Assembly: GCF_006345805.1 (NCBI RefSeq)
Contig: NC_043004.1
Span: 92,256,001 to 92,320,000 of the forward strand
DNA: 64,000 nucleotides
Direction: 5' to 3'
Source of the DNA: Octopus sinensis
Taxonomy: Eukaryota
This document shows positions 40,671-52,970 of this stretch, one piece after another. Position 1 is the first letter of the stretch. The number at the start of each line of letters is the position of its first letter. The notes beneath the pieces were generated by a model. That model worked only from the letters and a program-made list of their open reading frames with translations. It made no database searches and was not told the DNA's origin. The position numbers and the translations under genes were made by a program.

Positions 40671-40728
40671 ATTCTAGATCCGGATTTCTGACTTTGCATT
40701 TATGAATGCTTTGCCTCGTCAGTAGAAT
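40671..40728 (-). ncRNA. Type-I hammerhead ribozyme motif with extended stem II
   Basis: - strand: ATTCTA CTGACGA GGC-aaa-GCATT-cata-AATGC-aaa-GTC a GAAA TCCGGA TC TAGAAT. 6 bp stem I, palindromic stem III ATCCGGAT, AUC triplet; one extra A before G12. Confidence 0.7.
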
Positions 40729-41333
40729 ACACACAGAGGAGAAACATAAATACATATATATATATATATATAAATACAACATTTTGAACTGGCCATGATG
40801 CATACGTGCATATAAATATAGGCATACGTTCGTATATGTAAGTATTCGTATGTTTTTTATTTTTCCTTTTCAATATTTCCAATTTCTTCTAGATGTTATG
40901 GATCTAGGAGATATTAAGCTTAAATGCTGTATAAATAATCTGCTAGAAAAGGCAGTCAATTATCAACTAGTCTTAACAAAATACATTTGTTCACATTAAA
41001 ATATTGTATTTGATACTTATAAAAGTCTCTATGTTGATAATTCGAGAAACTTTATGTATAAACACCAATTTATTAATCAATTTAGCAGTCTACCTAGCAG
41101 ATAGCCTCCCCACCAAACAAAAGAGGTGGTCAAGCTTGGGATGCCTTTCATCATAGATGTGATCTATAACGGTTCACTATAACATCTGCATGAAACGTAC
41201 ATACAAATTTATTATATGCAACCTACTCAGCATATATAAAATCCGATATCATAACTGAATTTGCTATTTTAAAGACGAGCGAATGATTGTGTGCGGGGCG
41301 AGTGTCGGTATCACTTGTATAGGTATATACATT

Positions 41334-41394
<61 letters not shown>

Positions 41395-41657
41395 ATGTAT
41401 GTATGTATGTATGTATATGTATAATATATATTTACACACACACATGTGTACACGCACACACGTATCTCTATACACACTTATATGTACACATGTACAGATA
41501 CATCTCTTTCTCTCTTGGTCAGCCTCACTCTCATACACAGACCAACATACATGAATATAGAGATTAGATATTTTCTGCATGTCTATACACGTCTACATAT
41601 GTATTTCTTTATCTGTGGATCCATACAATCGCCATTTTTCTTTATACTTGCATATAC

Positions 41658-41728
<71 letters not shown>

Positions 41729-41939
41729 AATGAGGGTGAAAAATTGATATTAATTTAATAATACCATTAATTTAGCAATGAAACAATTGTTCAGGGTCAA
41801 TCTATTTCTTCGTTATGTTTCACTTTCCTTCCGTTAAATGTAATGTTATTTCTACTTGGAAACATCTTTTCTGTGGCTATACTAACGGAGCTATTTTTAG
41901 CACTAGAGCTATCCACATAGTGGTAACTCTCTAATAATT

Positions 41940-41995
<56 letters not shown>

Positions 41996-42340
41996 CATTG
42001 TTCAGAGGGCTTTTGTGTGTCTGCGTGGTTTTTTTTGTGTTGTTTTGTTTAATTCTTAATTGTTTGTTGTTGTTGGGTTTTTTCCTTGTCTGTATAGTTA
42101 TTGGGTAAGTAGAATTATTTGCATGTTTTCAAATTCAATCTTGTTACATTGTATATTATCTGTATGTGTGTGTGTGTGCGTGTGTGTGTGTGTTTGTGTG
42201 TGTATGTACGTAGGTGGGACTGGCCGAAACTTGGAAGTTACTCTCAATACTATTCTTGTTGAAGAATAATAAATTTCTTCTCTGTCGAAAGCGTTGGGTA
42301 ATCCTTCAGTTAAATGCAAAATTGTTTTTATTATAACATA

Positions 42341-42377
<37 letters not shown>

Positions 42378-42439
42378 TATGTGCGGCCATGTATATTATA
42401 TATATATATCGCCATGATAGATCGTTAGCCACTACACAC

Positions 42440-42610
42440 ATATTTTTCTCTCCTTGTTTCTCTCCTTGCTTTTTCTATGTCCCTTTCTGTAGAAGAGCGT
42501 AGGCTCGAAACGTAAAAGACTTTTTCTTTTCCTGAGCGTTATACTAATACATCTGTTTGTTTTGTACATCACCTGTCTTCGTCATTTGTTTTTTTCGTAA
42601 ACTCTCCTAT
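42440..42610 (+). mobile_element. Second copy of the TA-docked variant-hammerhead element (motif 42483-42518)
   Basis: gtccctttctgtagaagagcgtaggctcgaaacgtaaaagactttttc is identical to the 39.8 kb copy. Confidence 0.7.
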
Positions 42611-42629
42611 ATATATATATATATATATA

Positions 42630-42845
42630 CATTAAATTTATGCGGCTCGAAACAAACCGATTGAAATCTCTAAAAAATTCGTTAGTACCGTATTGGTCCA
42701 ATTTCGGGGTTAGTTTACAAGAAATTTTCCCCTCTTGTAAATTATGTATAAATTTTACCTTCAAAGGCATTTTTTGATATGCTGGCCATTGATAAAATTC
42801 TTTTCCCGAAAAAAATGTTATCCTATATCAATTATATATATATAT
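42630..42845 (+). mobile_element. TA-docked fragment related to 26283-26500
   Basis: Shares gtccaattt...aaaggYattttt..atatgctggccattgataaaatt...ccgaaaaaaat.ttatc, followed by (TA)n. Confidence 0.6.
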
Positions 42846-43427
42846 ATATTATATGTACACACACCACACACACACACACACACGCATACACACACATATG
42901 GGGGAGAAACAAAGTGAGGAGCAGAATTGTATAGGCACATATGGACAATGTCTAGTGGGCGTATTTTGGGCTACGATAGATCCCACGCTCCTCACAAACA
43001 CACACACATACGCACACGCACACATGCAAAAACTCACACACATTCACACACACATGTAAGCATTCGCTCAGCTTTATATGCATGCATGTTCATTTGTGTA
43101 TGTACGTATTATGTATATAGGTATACATACATATATGTATGTACTTGAGTATTTGTGTAGACCCGTAAAAATGTTCGTCTGTTGAGGTATCCCTGTTTGG
43201 ATTCCCAGTACTCCACTTACTTCTGTATCAGCAGCGTGCCTGTGCTCAGCTGGGTGTGTCCCTTGGATTGTGTTGAAATAAAAAAGAGAATGTGATATAG
43301 AATCGAGCGTTGATCAAAGAATTCTTAATTAATAATATTGGCGTAAGGTTTAATTGGGGTGATAACAGAAAACGAGACGATATAAGGATAGCTGTGGAGA
43401 TGCCGTTACCGTTGGTAATGATTGACA

Positions 43428-44236
43428 TGGTGGAGGTGGTTGTGGTTGTGGTGGTGGTGATGGTGGTGGTGGTTGTGGTGGTGGTGGTTGTGGTGGTGGT
43501 GGTAGTGGTGGTGGTGGTGATGGTGGTGGTGGTCGTCGTCGTCGTCGTGTTGTTTGTGGTTGTGATGGTGGTGGTGGTGGTTGTTGTAGTGGTGGTGGTG
43601 GTGGTGGTGGTTGTGGTGGTGGTGATGGTGGTGGTGGTGGTTGCGGTGGTGGTGGTGGTGGTGTTTGTGGTTGTGGTGGTGGTGTTTGTGGTTGTGGTGG
43701 TGGTGGTGGTGGTGGTGGTGGTTGTGGTGGTGGTGGTAGTGGTGGTGGTGGTGGTGTTTGTGGTTGTGGTGGTGGTGATGGTGGTGGTGTGGTGGTGGTG
43801 GTGGTGGTGGTGTTTGTGGTTGTGGTGGTGGTGGTTGTGGTGGTGGTGGTTGTGGTGGTGTGATGGTGGTGGTGGTGTTGCGGTGGTGGTGGTGGTGTTT
43901 GTGGTTGTGGTGGTGGTGTTTGTGGTTGTGGTGGTGGTGATGGTGGTGGTGGTTGTGGTGGTGGTGGTAGTGGTGGTGGTGGTGGTGTTGTGGTTGTGGT
44001 GGTGGTGATGGTGGTGGTGGTGGTTGCGGTGGTGGTGGTGGTGTTGTGGTTGTGGTGGTGGTGTTTGTGGTTGTGGTGGTGGTGATGGTGGTGGTGGTTG
44101 TGGTGGTGGTGGTAGTGGTGGTGGTGGTGGTGTTTGTGGTTGTGATGGTGGTGATGGTGGTGGTGGTGGTGGTGGTGGTGGTGGTGGTGGTGGTGGTGAT
44201 GCTTGTGGTGGTGATGGTGGTGGTGGTCGTCGTCGT
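43428..44236. repeat. ~810 bp imperfect (GGT)n array with higher-order periodicity
   Basis: GGT units interrupted by TGT, AGT, GAT and GTTTGT in recurring order; contains frameshifts. Confidence 0.95.
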
Positions 44237-44261
44237 GATGTAGATTAGGCCCTCCGTTGCT

Positions 44262-44540
44262 TACGACGCCGAGTGCTCCAATTTATCCTGATCGTGAAAC
44301 TAATGTGCAAGTGGTTGAGCATTCCACAGACGCGTTTGTTTATTCTTAACGTAGTTCTCGGAGAGATTCAGCGCAACACGGAATGTTACGAGAGCGGCCC
44401 TTTGAATTTTAGCCAGTTGAGTGAACTGGAGCAACATGAAATAAAATCTCTTGCTCAATGACACAACGTACTGCCGGGAATCGAACTCAGGACCTTACGA
44501 TCGCGAGCCGACTATCCATTAAACCACGCGTCTTCACTCG
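44262..44540 (-). mobile_element. tRNA-derived SINE (family C-like), diverged
   Basis: ctggagcaacatgaaat...cttgctcaatgacacaacg...gggaatcgaactc...aaccacgcgtcttcac is the reverse complement of a head like that at 2817. Confidence 0.65.
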
Positions 44541-44769
44541 TGATGAAGATAATAATCATATTGATGATGATGATGATGAGGAGGAGGAGGATGACAGATA
44601 TGCTTGTTGTATTTCTGGTTGTGATAATGATGATAATTATGATGATGATTGTATTGATGACGACGACAAATATAAAGCTGCTGCTGTTGCTATTGTGGTG
44701 CTATTTCTGCTGATAATAACGATTATTGTGTTGGGGATGGATACGTTGATGACGACGACGATGATGATA

Positions 44770-44810
<41 letters not shown>

Positions 44811-45720
44811 AAAGATAACGATAATGATATCGGTATTTTTAACAAACAAGCCCATAAGCATGTAGAGGCCGCAAGTGTTTGGCAATGTGATGTGATGATA
44901 GTCATGCCTATCGCTTGGCCGAGTAGTCTCAACCCACCGAAAAAATGTCGAACTCAAAGATTCAAAAGGTTTATTTAAAAAGAAAAGGAAGACCAATGAA
45001 ATCCTCGTATGTTTTCTGGAGAAAAAACATAGAAGAAGAGGAAGAAGAAAAAGAAGAAGAAGGGATGGAGGAAGGGAAAGGGGAGAAGGAGAGTTGCAAG
45101 AGAAGGGAAGGAAGCGTTGCTGTTTTCGATGTTCAAGTAAACAGACTTCAATGTCAGAGCTCCAGTGGAAAAGTAATTCTAACAAAGATCACTGAACGAA
45201 TATTTGATACATTTTAACTTAGATCGCACTATTTCATCCAGAGTTGGAATAAAAGTTACATCTGAACATTATTTAAGCAATACATATTTCTACCATAGTC
45301 AATATGTAATATTTAGCAACCAATATGTGTTGCTAACTATAGTCGTGGTAACATTAGTTACGATAACGCGAAAACAAGAAAGCAACAAAAAAGAAAAAGA
45401 TATTGCACACTGAAATTATTTCCAAGCATGAAAGGAAATTTTTAAAATATGTAATTACCAAACAGGCAGAGTCTCATGCTCAGACACTTGCGTTTGCAAA
45501 TTAGAATTCACTCACACATACTCATACGCACGCCCGCACACACATACACACAATAATGTTGAAACTATTAATTTGAATAGGAACAAAGAATAAACATCAC
45601 GACCAGTGACGATAGCACCAACACTAATAATAAATATTCTATCTATAGCAAGCATTGTTGATAAAAGGGAGTAAAGAGATTCGAACCATTTAAAGAATTT
45701 GAAAAAGAATGAAGGAGGTA

Positions 45721-45939
45721 TTACTCTTTTACTCTTTTACTTGTTTCGGTCATTTGACTGCAGCCATGCTGGAGCACCGCCTTTAGTCGAGCAAATCGAC
45801 CCCAGGACTTATTCTTTGTAAGCCCAGTACTTATTTTATCGGTCTCTTTGCCGAACCGCTAAGTGACGGGGACGTAAACACACCAGCATCGGTTGTCAAG
45901 CAATGCTAGGGGGACAAACACAGACACACAAACATATAC

Positions 45940-45972
<33 letters not shown>

Positions 45973-46143
45973 CATATATACGACAGGCTTCTTTCAGTTT
46001 CCGTCTACCAAATCCACCCACAAGGCATTGGTCGGCCCGGGGCTATAGCAGAAGACACTTGCCCAAGATGCCACGCAGTGGGACTGAACCCGGAACCATG
46101 TGGTTGGTTAGCAAGCTACTTACCACACAGCCACTCCTGCGCC
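45721..46143 (-). mobile_element. SINE family A, near full length
   Basis: Same architecture as 6971-7391 and highly similar in sequence. Confidence 0.92.
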
Positions 46144-47226
46144 TATGTGGAAAAGAACAATGGTTTCCTGCGCGATAAATTTGTCCAAAAATTGTGAGAA
46201 GACAATTTTTAAAGATTAATTTTGTGACAATTATATAATAGTTACTTCTTTGTGACTACGGGGTGGGTATAAGCATGATGTTGTTTTTATGTATTTCTAG
46301 AATTGAGGTGTATTCAGTGATAGGGGCTAGCTGATTTTGTAATTTTATGTATGCGTTATTAGGTTTCAGTCGTGTGGTTTCTCAGAGTATCTCTTATGAA
46401 GTTACAATATCAGTAAATTCTGTAGTTTTAAAACTAAAGAAAAAGAATCCACATTCTCTCAAAAGAAAGGTTAGATAGAGCCCTGGCAAAAGTGGGATCC
46501 AACATGTGCTCGCTCAACCGAGCAATGTTTAGAGAAGCGGGTGGTTCTTCCTGAAGAACCAGGATCATGTGAAGAGATAGTACAACTAGAGCGACATAGC
46601 CGTTATGGGACTGGTAACGCAGAGCAAGTCTCAAGAGTAAGTAGATTCTGGATCACAAGTAGAAATATTTTCACAAGCATTGATACTTGACATTTTGCCA
46701 CCTTAGCAAAAGTACAGATATGGGATGAGCATGGAGGTGGTTCGTAACAAAATGCAGTCGGTTGGAGACTGCATAACGTATAGGTCCTAATAAGTTCCAA
46801 AGACCACCACACTATCCAGGAGCTCTATATTCCATAAGGCATCAGAAATAAAGTAGGACAATCGAACTGGTAATGCAAGGCAGTATGAACTGTTGCTAGA
46901 CACGTGGCAGAACTTGCTATTTGAGTGTCATTTTTCGTAGACTGACAAAAAAACACTTAGAAGTAAAAATTTGACAGCAGATAATTGAAGGAGTACCAAT
47001 AGCAATATCCCCCATTGTGCCGCAGAGACAAAGACTGTTTGTGCTGGTTGTGTTGAGTGAAAAGGAGGGGGTGAACAAGAAAGAGTTTTGTGCTTGGTAA
47101 ACTGTTAAGTATTGATCCATTCATCAAGTAATGGCGTAAGCTTCTGGTTCAATAGCTACTTACTGAAGTGACTAAATTTGGTCGCAAATTCTGAGTGCGT
47201 GCTGGTGTGTGTGTATGTGTGAGCAC

Positions 47227-47291
<65 letters not shown>

Positions 47292-47316
47292 CATATATAC
47301 ATACACACACACACAA

Positions 47317-47374
<58 letters not shown>

Positions 47375-48089
47375 TACCATGGGGTTTATTTAACTTCTTA
47401 TTCGTAGCCGGTCATTAGGAAATTGAAAAATCTTTTGTAAATCAAAATAGATTCGAGAATGTATATATTTAAGTGTGAGTTTATTTTTGTACATAGATTT
47501 TTTCTTTTTCTTTTGTTAAGATAATTTTGTATTCATATAACGCGTGAATATGTCTCTTTTGTACATGCTTGTGTGCTTGCTTTTTAATTATATAGGCACG
47601 TGTACGAGCGTTTGTGCGCGCAACACGTGTGCGAATGTATGTGCATGTGTGTATGAGTACGCAAAGTGTGTGTGAGTGGGTGATTGACTGAGTATGTGTG
47701 TGTTTCGTGTACGTGTATGAGTGAATGTATTTATTAATACACAACTTGCCGATTGACTTGTCGATATACATTACCATCTGGATGAAAGCCTTAATCAGCA
47801 GTTTTGCCTGTTCTTGTCTCTTTTCACACAATGTCAGCGTACTCAGATGGAACTAATACCTCTTGGGAGGAAAGAAAACAAAGCAAAGCGATATAAAATC
47901 TATATAGCAATAAGTATTCCTGTTTGTTCTCGGTATGTGTGTGTGTGTATACATGGTGCGGTGAATATATTGACGTCTAAATTAAAAAATGAAAATGATA
48001 CTGACATTTCATTTTAACAGTCTATGTATATATATATATATATCAGAATTATATAAAAATACCTTGAAATACTAAAGACTAAATTTAGT

Positions 48090-49003
48090 CAATATACTCG
48101 CCATTTGCTTCAACTACGGCTTCCAGACGACTTTGGAAATTACTGCAACTCCTTTGGACGGTCCCCTCGTTTAAGTTGATGAATTTCTGACATAATCCTT
48201 GCCTTCAGTTCATCTTTGGTGTTACAAGGACCTTTCTAGATCTCTTGCTCAACTGAGCCCCGCACATAATACTCAAGGGGCTTGCAGTCTGATTAGTTAG
48301 ATGGCCAGATGATAAGAGTGATGTGGTCGCACAAATTATCTGACAGCCATGACTGGGTCCTCCTGCTCGTGTGCCATGGTGCAGAGTCCTGTTGCTAGAC
48401 GTAAGGTCTTCCAGCAGCCATCCTCTTGACCCAGGACAGCACTACCTCCTCCAGGCGCTGTGTTGAGTCTGAGGCCGTATGGGAAGATGAATGGAGGCAT
48501 AACTTGCCATCATTGGTCATCACTCCAAACACCATGATGTTGACTGAATGTTCGATTTTTATTATTCTCGGTATTTGTTTTGGGGACACGACAAGCCAAA
48601 AGTTGTTCTGTGTGTTTATCATCTGATCCTCGCAGAAATTTTTCTCGTTTGAGAAAAACAAAGGAATGTTCGGTTTGAGGGGATGCTTGAGTTTGTTCAA
48701 AACCTTCGTAGCGGGGTCTTTCCTCTTGTCCCTGATGCCTTGGGATAAAAACTGGCCTTTTCTCATCTTGTATAACGAATACTGAATGTCTTCATGCACT
48801 ACCTGCCTGATAAGAAACTCAGACACTCCTTGTCCTTCGCGATGGACCTGATTGACTTGGAAGGATCGTTGTTAATCACGACCTGGATCTCTCCAACAAA
48901 TTAAGCAGTTCGTTTCTTATCAGAACGATCAGAGTGAGTTTTCCGAGCTACCATTTTGTATTGAAAATATGAAATGGCGACAATTTATTCATCACACCCT
49001 GTA
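48090..49003 (-). mobile_element. Decayed Tc1/mariner (maT-like, DD37 spacing) transposon
   Basis: The - strand translates FFSNEKNF...MVFGVM...QQDSAP-(37 aa from D)-SDCKPLEY; the end at 49001 reads TA|CAGGGTGTGATG; the opposite end is degenerate (tcgccattt at ~48098). Confidence 0.85.
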
Positions 49004-49078
49004 TATATAAATAAATAAATGCATATGTGTGTATGTGTGTAAATATGTATGTATATATATGTAGGTAAATACAAATAT

Positions 49079-49170
49079 TCTTTTATTCTTTTACTTGTTT
49101 CAGTCATGTGACTGTAGCTATGCTGGAGCACCACCTTTAGTCGAGCAAATCGACCCCAGGACTTATTCTT
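49079..49170 (-). mobile_element. SINE family A 3' fragment
   Basis: tcttttacttgtttcagtcatgtgactgtagctatgctggagcaccacctttagtcgagcaaatcgaccccaggacttattct. Confidence 0.75.
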
Positions 49171-49300
49171 TATATACATGTATGTATGTAAATACATATG
49201 TGTGCGTTTTGTGTGTATGCATTTGTGCGTGTGTGTCTATGTGTGTGTACATACATATATATGTATGCATATAATTATCTATACATATGTATATATGTAA

Positions 49301-49341
<41 letters not shown>

Positions 49342-50354
49342 TGTACATTTATGTGTGTGTGTGTGTGTATGTGTGTGTACGTATGTATGTTCATATGTAT
49401 GTGTGTCTGAGTTTATATGTATGAATAAAAGTTCTCTCTTAGAGGTACATAACAGAAAAATTAGGCGTTGGTAATGTGACTATTTTCATTTATTCATATC
49501 ATAAATAAATAAGATAGAATTATGGTAGAATCTGCCTTTGTGCGTTAATCTTTGTCTCTGCTAAGAACAGAGTGGTCACATATTTTTATATTTTGCTGTG
49601 CTGTAGCTCGTTATAGGCTAGACATCAAGCTTATGTGGCAAGTTAATTTTTTTTTTTGTGAAATGAAATCTTGAAGTTAAAGAATTTTGTGTTAACAGAC
49701 TTTTAAAAAAAATTGTCTTTGACTACGTGTCTCTATTTGGATTTGTTTCAACTTTCGTTGAAATCACCGCCAGTAGTTGTTTAACACATTTAACTCTCTA
49801 CAAATATATTTGCTATAAAGGCAAAAATATTAGAGGCTAATATAAACTGGATAAGCGAATTTGCATTTTGAACAGTTACTTGACAGCGAGATTAACCAGC
49901 AAACTATTGATGTTTAAACAGTGTTTTGTTTCATTGTTGCAATGCAGTACAGGACATATTTACAGATTTAGTACTGTAAGTTACAACGAATTTAAACAAT
50001 ACGTCTACAAAATGTTCGTCGGCAGAAATAGAGAGAACTGATGTACATACATTTCGACCCTTGTTGGTGTCATCGTCAGTAACTGAGCACGACCGCCAAC
50101 TAGCCACAAGCACATCGCTTATAAACCGACTTATATTAATGTTCGACCTCACTACCATTAAAATACAACGTCGTGTATAACATACGGTAAGCTTGACGAC
50201 TGAAGTTTTAGCTTCAATTTCCTCTGAAACTTCAATTTCCTCTGCGATAGGCATACTTCCTATCCAAGGTGACATTATATTTTTAAACATTTGAATGGAA
50301 AACATTAAATTGAAAAAAAAAAGAAATAATTCAATGACTTTGAATAATTTATTT

Positions 50355-50513
50355 GTACTAAATGTTTTAATGTTTTTTTTTTCTTCTCTTTCTCTTTTAG
50401 GTAAGTCATATGCTTTTGTTTAAATACAATTCTGCGCTGCTGAGAATGGGAATAGACAACAAAATGATGAAATCAGTACTATAAAAAAAATGAAGAAAAT
50501 CAAACAGGTATTT
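50355..50513 (+). promoter_or_regulatory. Candidate recursive splice site (AG 50399-50400 | GT 50401-50402) with a secondary donor at 50508
   Basis: tactaaa branch-like motif at 50356-50362; tgtttttttttttcttctctttctcttttag|gtaagt (consensus acceptor and consensus donor); caaacag|gtattt 107 nt downstream. Confidence 0.65.
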
Positions 50514-51660
50514 TCACGACAATCATCATTGTTATGTCTATCTTAATTATTTGATTTCAATAATTTCATATGAACTTTCACTGAACTACCAACGTAAACC
50601 TCCATGTTCCTGTTTTATGGGTGGCTTTGGTTGCGTTTCATGTAGCCATTTCTTGGGTTGTGTTCTTGTGTAAATGTGTCAAGTCGGAAGTATTTTATTT
50701 TATTTTATTAATAGACATTCTTTATCGTACCTACTTCAGCGATTATTATGGCTGCCATTTATATTCTCTTCTGTCAGATTTCCATTTGAAGGTCTTCATA
50801 TTTTGTTAATTTATAAACGCATAGTTTAAGAGATTTTCAGATTCTTTCCGTGCAATATGTTGGTCTCTCATATCTGATAATGTTATCTAAGACCTGGTCT
50901 TGATCAGTCTGGATAGGTATACTTTTGATTATCATAATGATTTTGATTCTGATAACATGACTGTCACAATCTGAATGTGATGTATGCTTACCCTATTTAC
51001 TCTTAGTATCTAAGTTGTAGTCACATTGTTACTTTGTTGAAAAAGCAACCTAACGGTCATATCTGTTGATATATTGTCTTCGCAAATGCCGGAGAGCCAG
51101 AAAGGATGTGGTCAATATTTTCTTTCTGTAATTCTCATAATATGTAACATATTTTAATATCTTGTTTCATTAATGGGACATTAAATGGTAGAATTGGTAG
51201 CGTGTCGGACGAAATATTACGTAGTATTAAATTATATTTTTTTTATATTCTAGAAGTTGCCTTTCATCCACACTGGATCGATAAACTAAAATATCATTCC
51301 AGGACAGGGATCGATCAAATCGTCCATTTCTCTATTACGAAATGTGCTTTAGAAAAAAAAGTAATTACTTTTATGTAAAGCTGTGCGTTAGCAGAAACGG
51401 TAGAGTGTCAGACGATATTCCATGCATGCTCCTTTGCTCTCATTTCACAGACTTCTGGAGTCAAGTTACTATCCGTCTTCCGAGAGTCGATGAGATAATT
51501 AGCATTGATATAATAAAACCAATCCAATTAACTCTTCCCCCACCACACTCACACACACACACACACACACAAACACACAAACATGCACGAATGAGTGAAC
51601 AAACGAAAGAAAATTTTGACAGGAGATGCATATATTATTTAATGACAGTTGATTAGGTTC

Positions 51661-51716
51661 CGTGCAACTTAAAGTTTCGTAGGCTCGTTAAACAAACCTA
51701 TCTCGTCAGGCTTGTA
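51661..51716 (-). ncRNA. Decayed hammerhead motif
   Basis: - strand: CTGACGA GATAGG...CCTAC GAAA CTTTAAGTT. Canonical core, stem II missing one base, stem I poor. Confidence 0.35.
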
Positions 51717-52034
51717 GAGACCGTGAGTGTGTATGTGTGTATTTTTGTTCGTTTGTTTGTTTGTGTGTGTGTGCGCGTGTGCGTATGTTTGTGTGTGTAT
51801 GTTTGTTTGTTTGTTTTTTGTATGAAATTATATATAAGAACAATTTAACATTCAATGGAAGGATCACTTAATATTTTATTGGTAGACAACATACTTGGTA
51901 ACTTTTAAAGGTTGACATCAACATCGAAGTTTCGGCTCTCTAGCCGTTATTTGACATCCTGATGGCGGCTTATAAGCATAAAGTTTAAAATCACTGTCTT
52001 TTTTGCCTTCAAAATATTATCATATATATATATA

Positions 52035-52104
<70 letters not shown>

Positions 52105-52111
<7 letters not shown>

Positions 52112-52540
52112 CAAAAATGGGACAAGAATGCAAAATATCCAGAGAGTTAGGTGATACAAAAAAGGTACAACAAAACATCCAGACAGACGATACAAAGAAA
52201 ACAAGGACGGGTCATTCGAAGTTTACTATCCTCAGCTGAGCTCCAGATTATCTTTGCAATTTCGGCTGATTATATTCGAGATTGCTCCAAGCTAGCCAGC
52301 CCCAAGGAAAAACTAAGCTAAGAGTATTAGATTCCTTGGAAGAAGGCAGCGAATGTATACGAAAGCAAGGACGAAAAAAAAACAGAGAATGTTACACAAA
52401 TACAAATGCAAATAACAGGACATAACAACAGGTATCTTTCGACTAAGGACGAATTAAATTAAGCTTGTGTGTGTGGAAGTAAAGCCTTACGGCAGGGACA
52501 TAAGATTTTAAAGACACAGAAACCGGCATCATTATGATTT
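52105..52540 (-). mobile_element. Penelope pLTR-like fragment ending in (TA)n
   Basis: A-rich on +, abuts the (TA)n array at 52022-52105; same architecture as the other TA-docked segments. Confidence 0.4.
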
Positions 52541-52589
52541 ATTATAATTATCAATATTGGGTTTATGGTTTGGGAAAAACTTTAGAACG

Positions 52590-52970
52590 TCGTAAAACGC
52601 ATATCGATAGCTTCCTGGCTCTTTTCGTTATGAGTTCAGTTTCTGCCGAGGTCAGCTTTAACCTTCCTTCATTCAAAGGCAATAAAGTAAAGTACCCACC
52701 AACTACTGGGACCAATGTAATCGACTATTCCCCTACCCCCATCAAATTGCCGGCCTTGTGCATCAATTATTAATTGAATCAATCATCATTATCATTATTG
52801 AAGCCGTGGTATTTCTCCCGGCTTTTTATATTCTAAGTTCAATCCCACCGATAACAATTTTGACTCTCATTCTTTCCAAGTATTTAAGTGAAACTAAAGT
52901 ATCAATTAGATACTTGCTTCAATATAATTGATTGTCTCCTTCTCCCCAAAATTCTAGCTCTCTGCCTATA
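52590..52970 (+). mobile_element. Two diverged SINE family B copies
   Basis: atgagttcagtttctgccgaggtcagctttaaccttccttc...gtaatcgacta...ggccttgtgc, followed by a second, more decayed copy. Confidence 0.5.

Noticed and set aside
40855-40960. Strong acceptor at 40891-40892 followed by a short open frame
   Set aside because: No good downstream donor and no recognisable peptide.
43246-44250. The - strand of the GGT array as a Thr-rich mucin-like exon (many variants are synonymous in the ACN frame)
   Set aside because: Internal frameshifts, an in-frame stop just upstream and no acceptor. Only worth revisiting if the frameshifts are sequencing errors.
46400-47130. Higher-complexity block with several short - strand ORFs
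   Set aside because: Multiple stops in all frames and no motif that I could confidently assign.
49931-50305. 124 aa - strand ORF
   Set aside because: No recognisable domain, it contains a 13 nt internal duplication, and there are no convincing - strand splice sites.
51925-51955. - strand GGCT-agag-AGCC-GAAAC hammerhead-like half
   Set aside because: The upstream core reads CAAATAAC, not CUGANGA or a known covariant.
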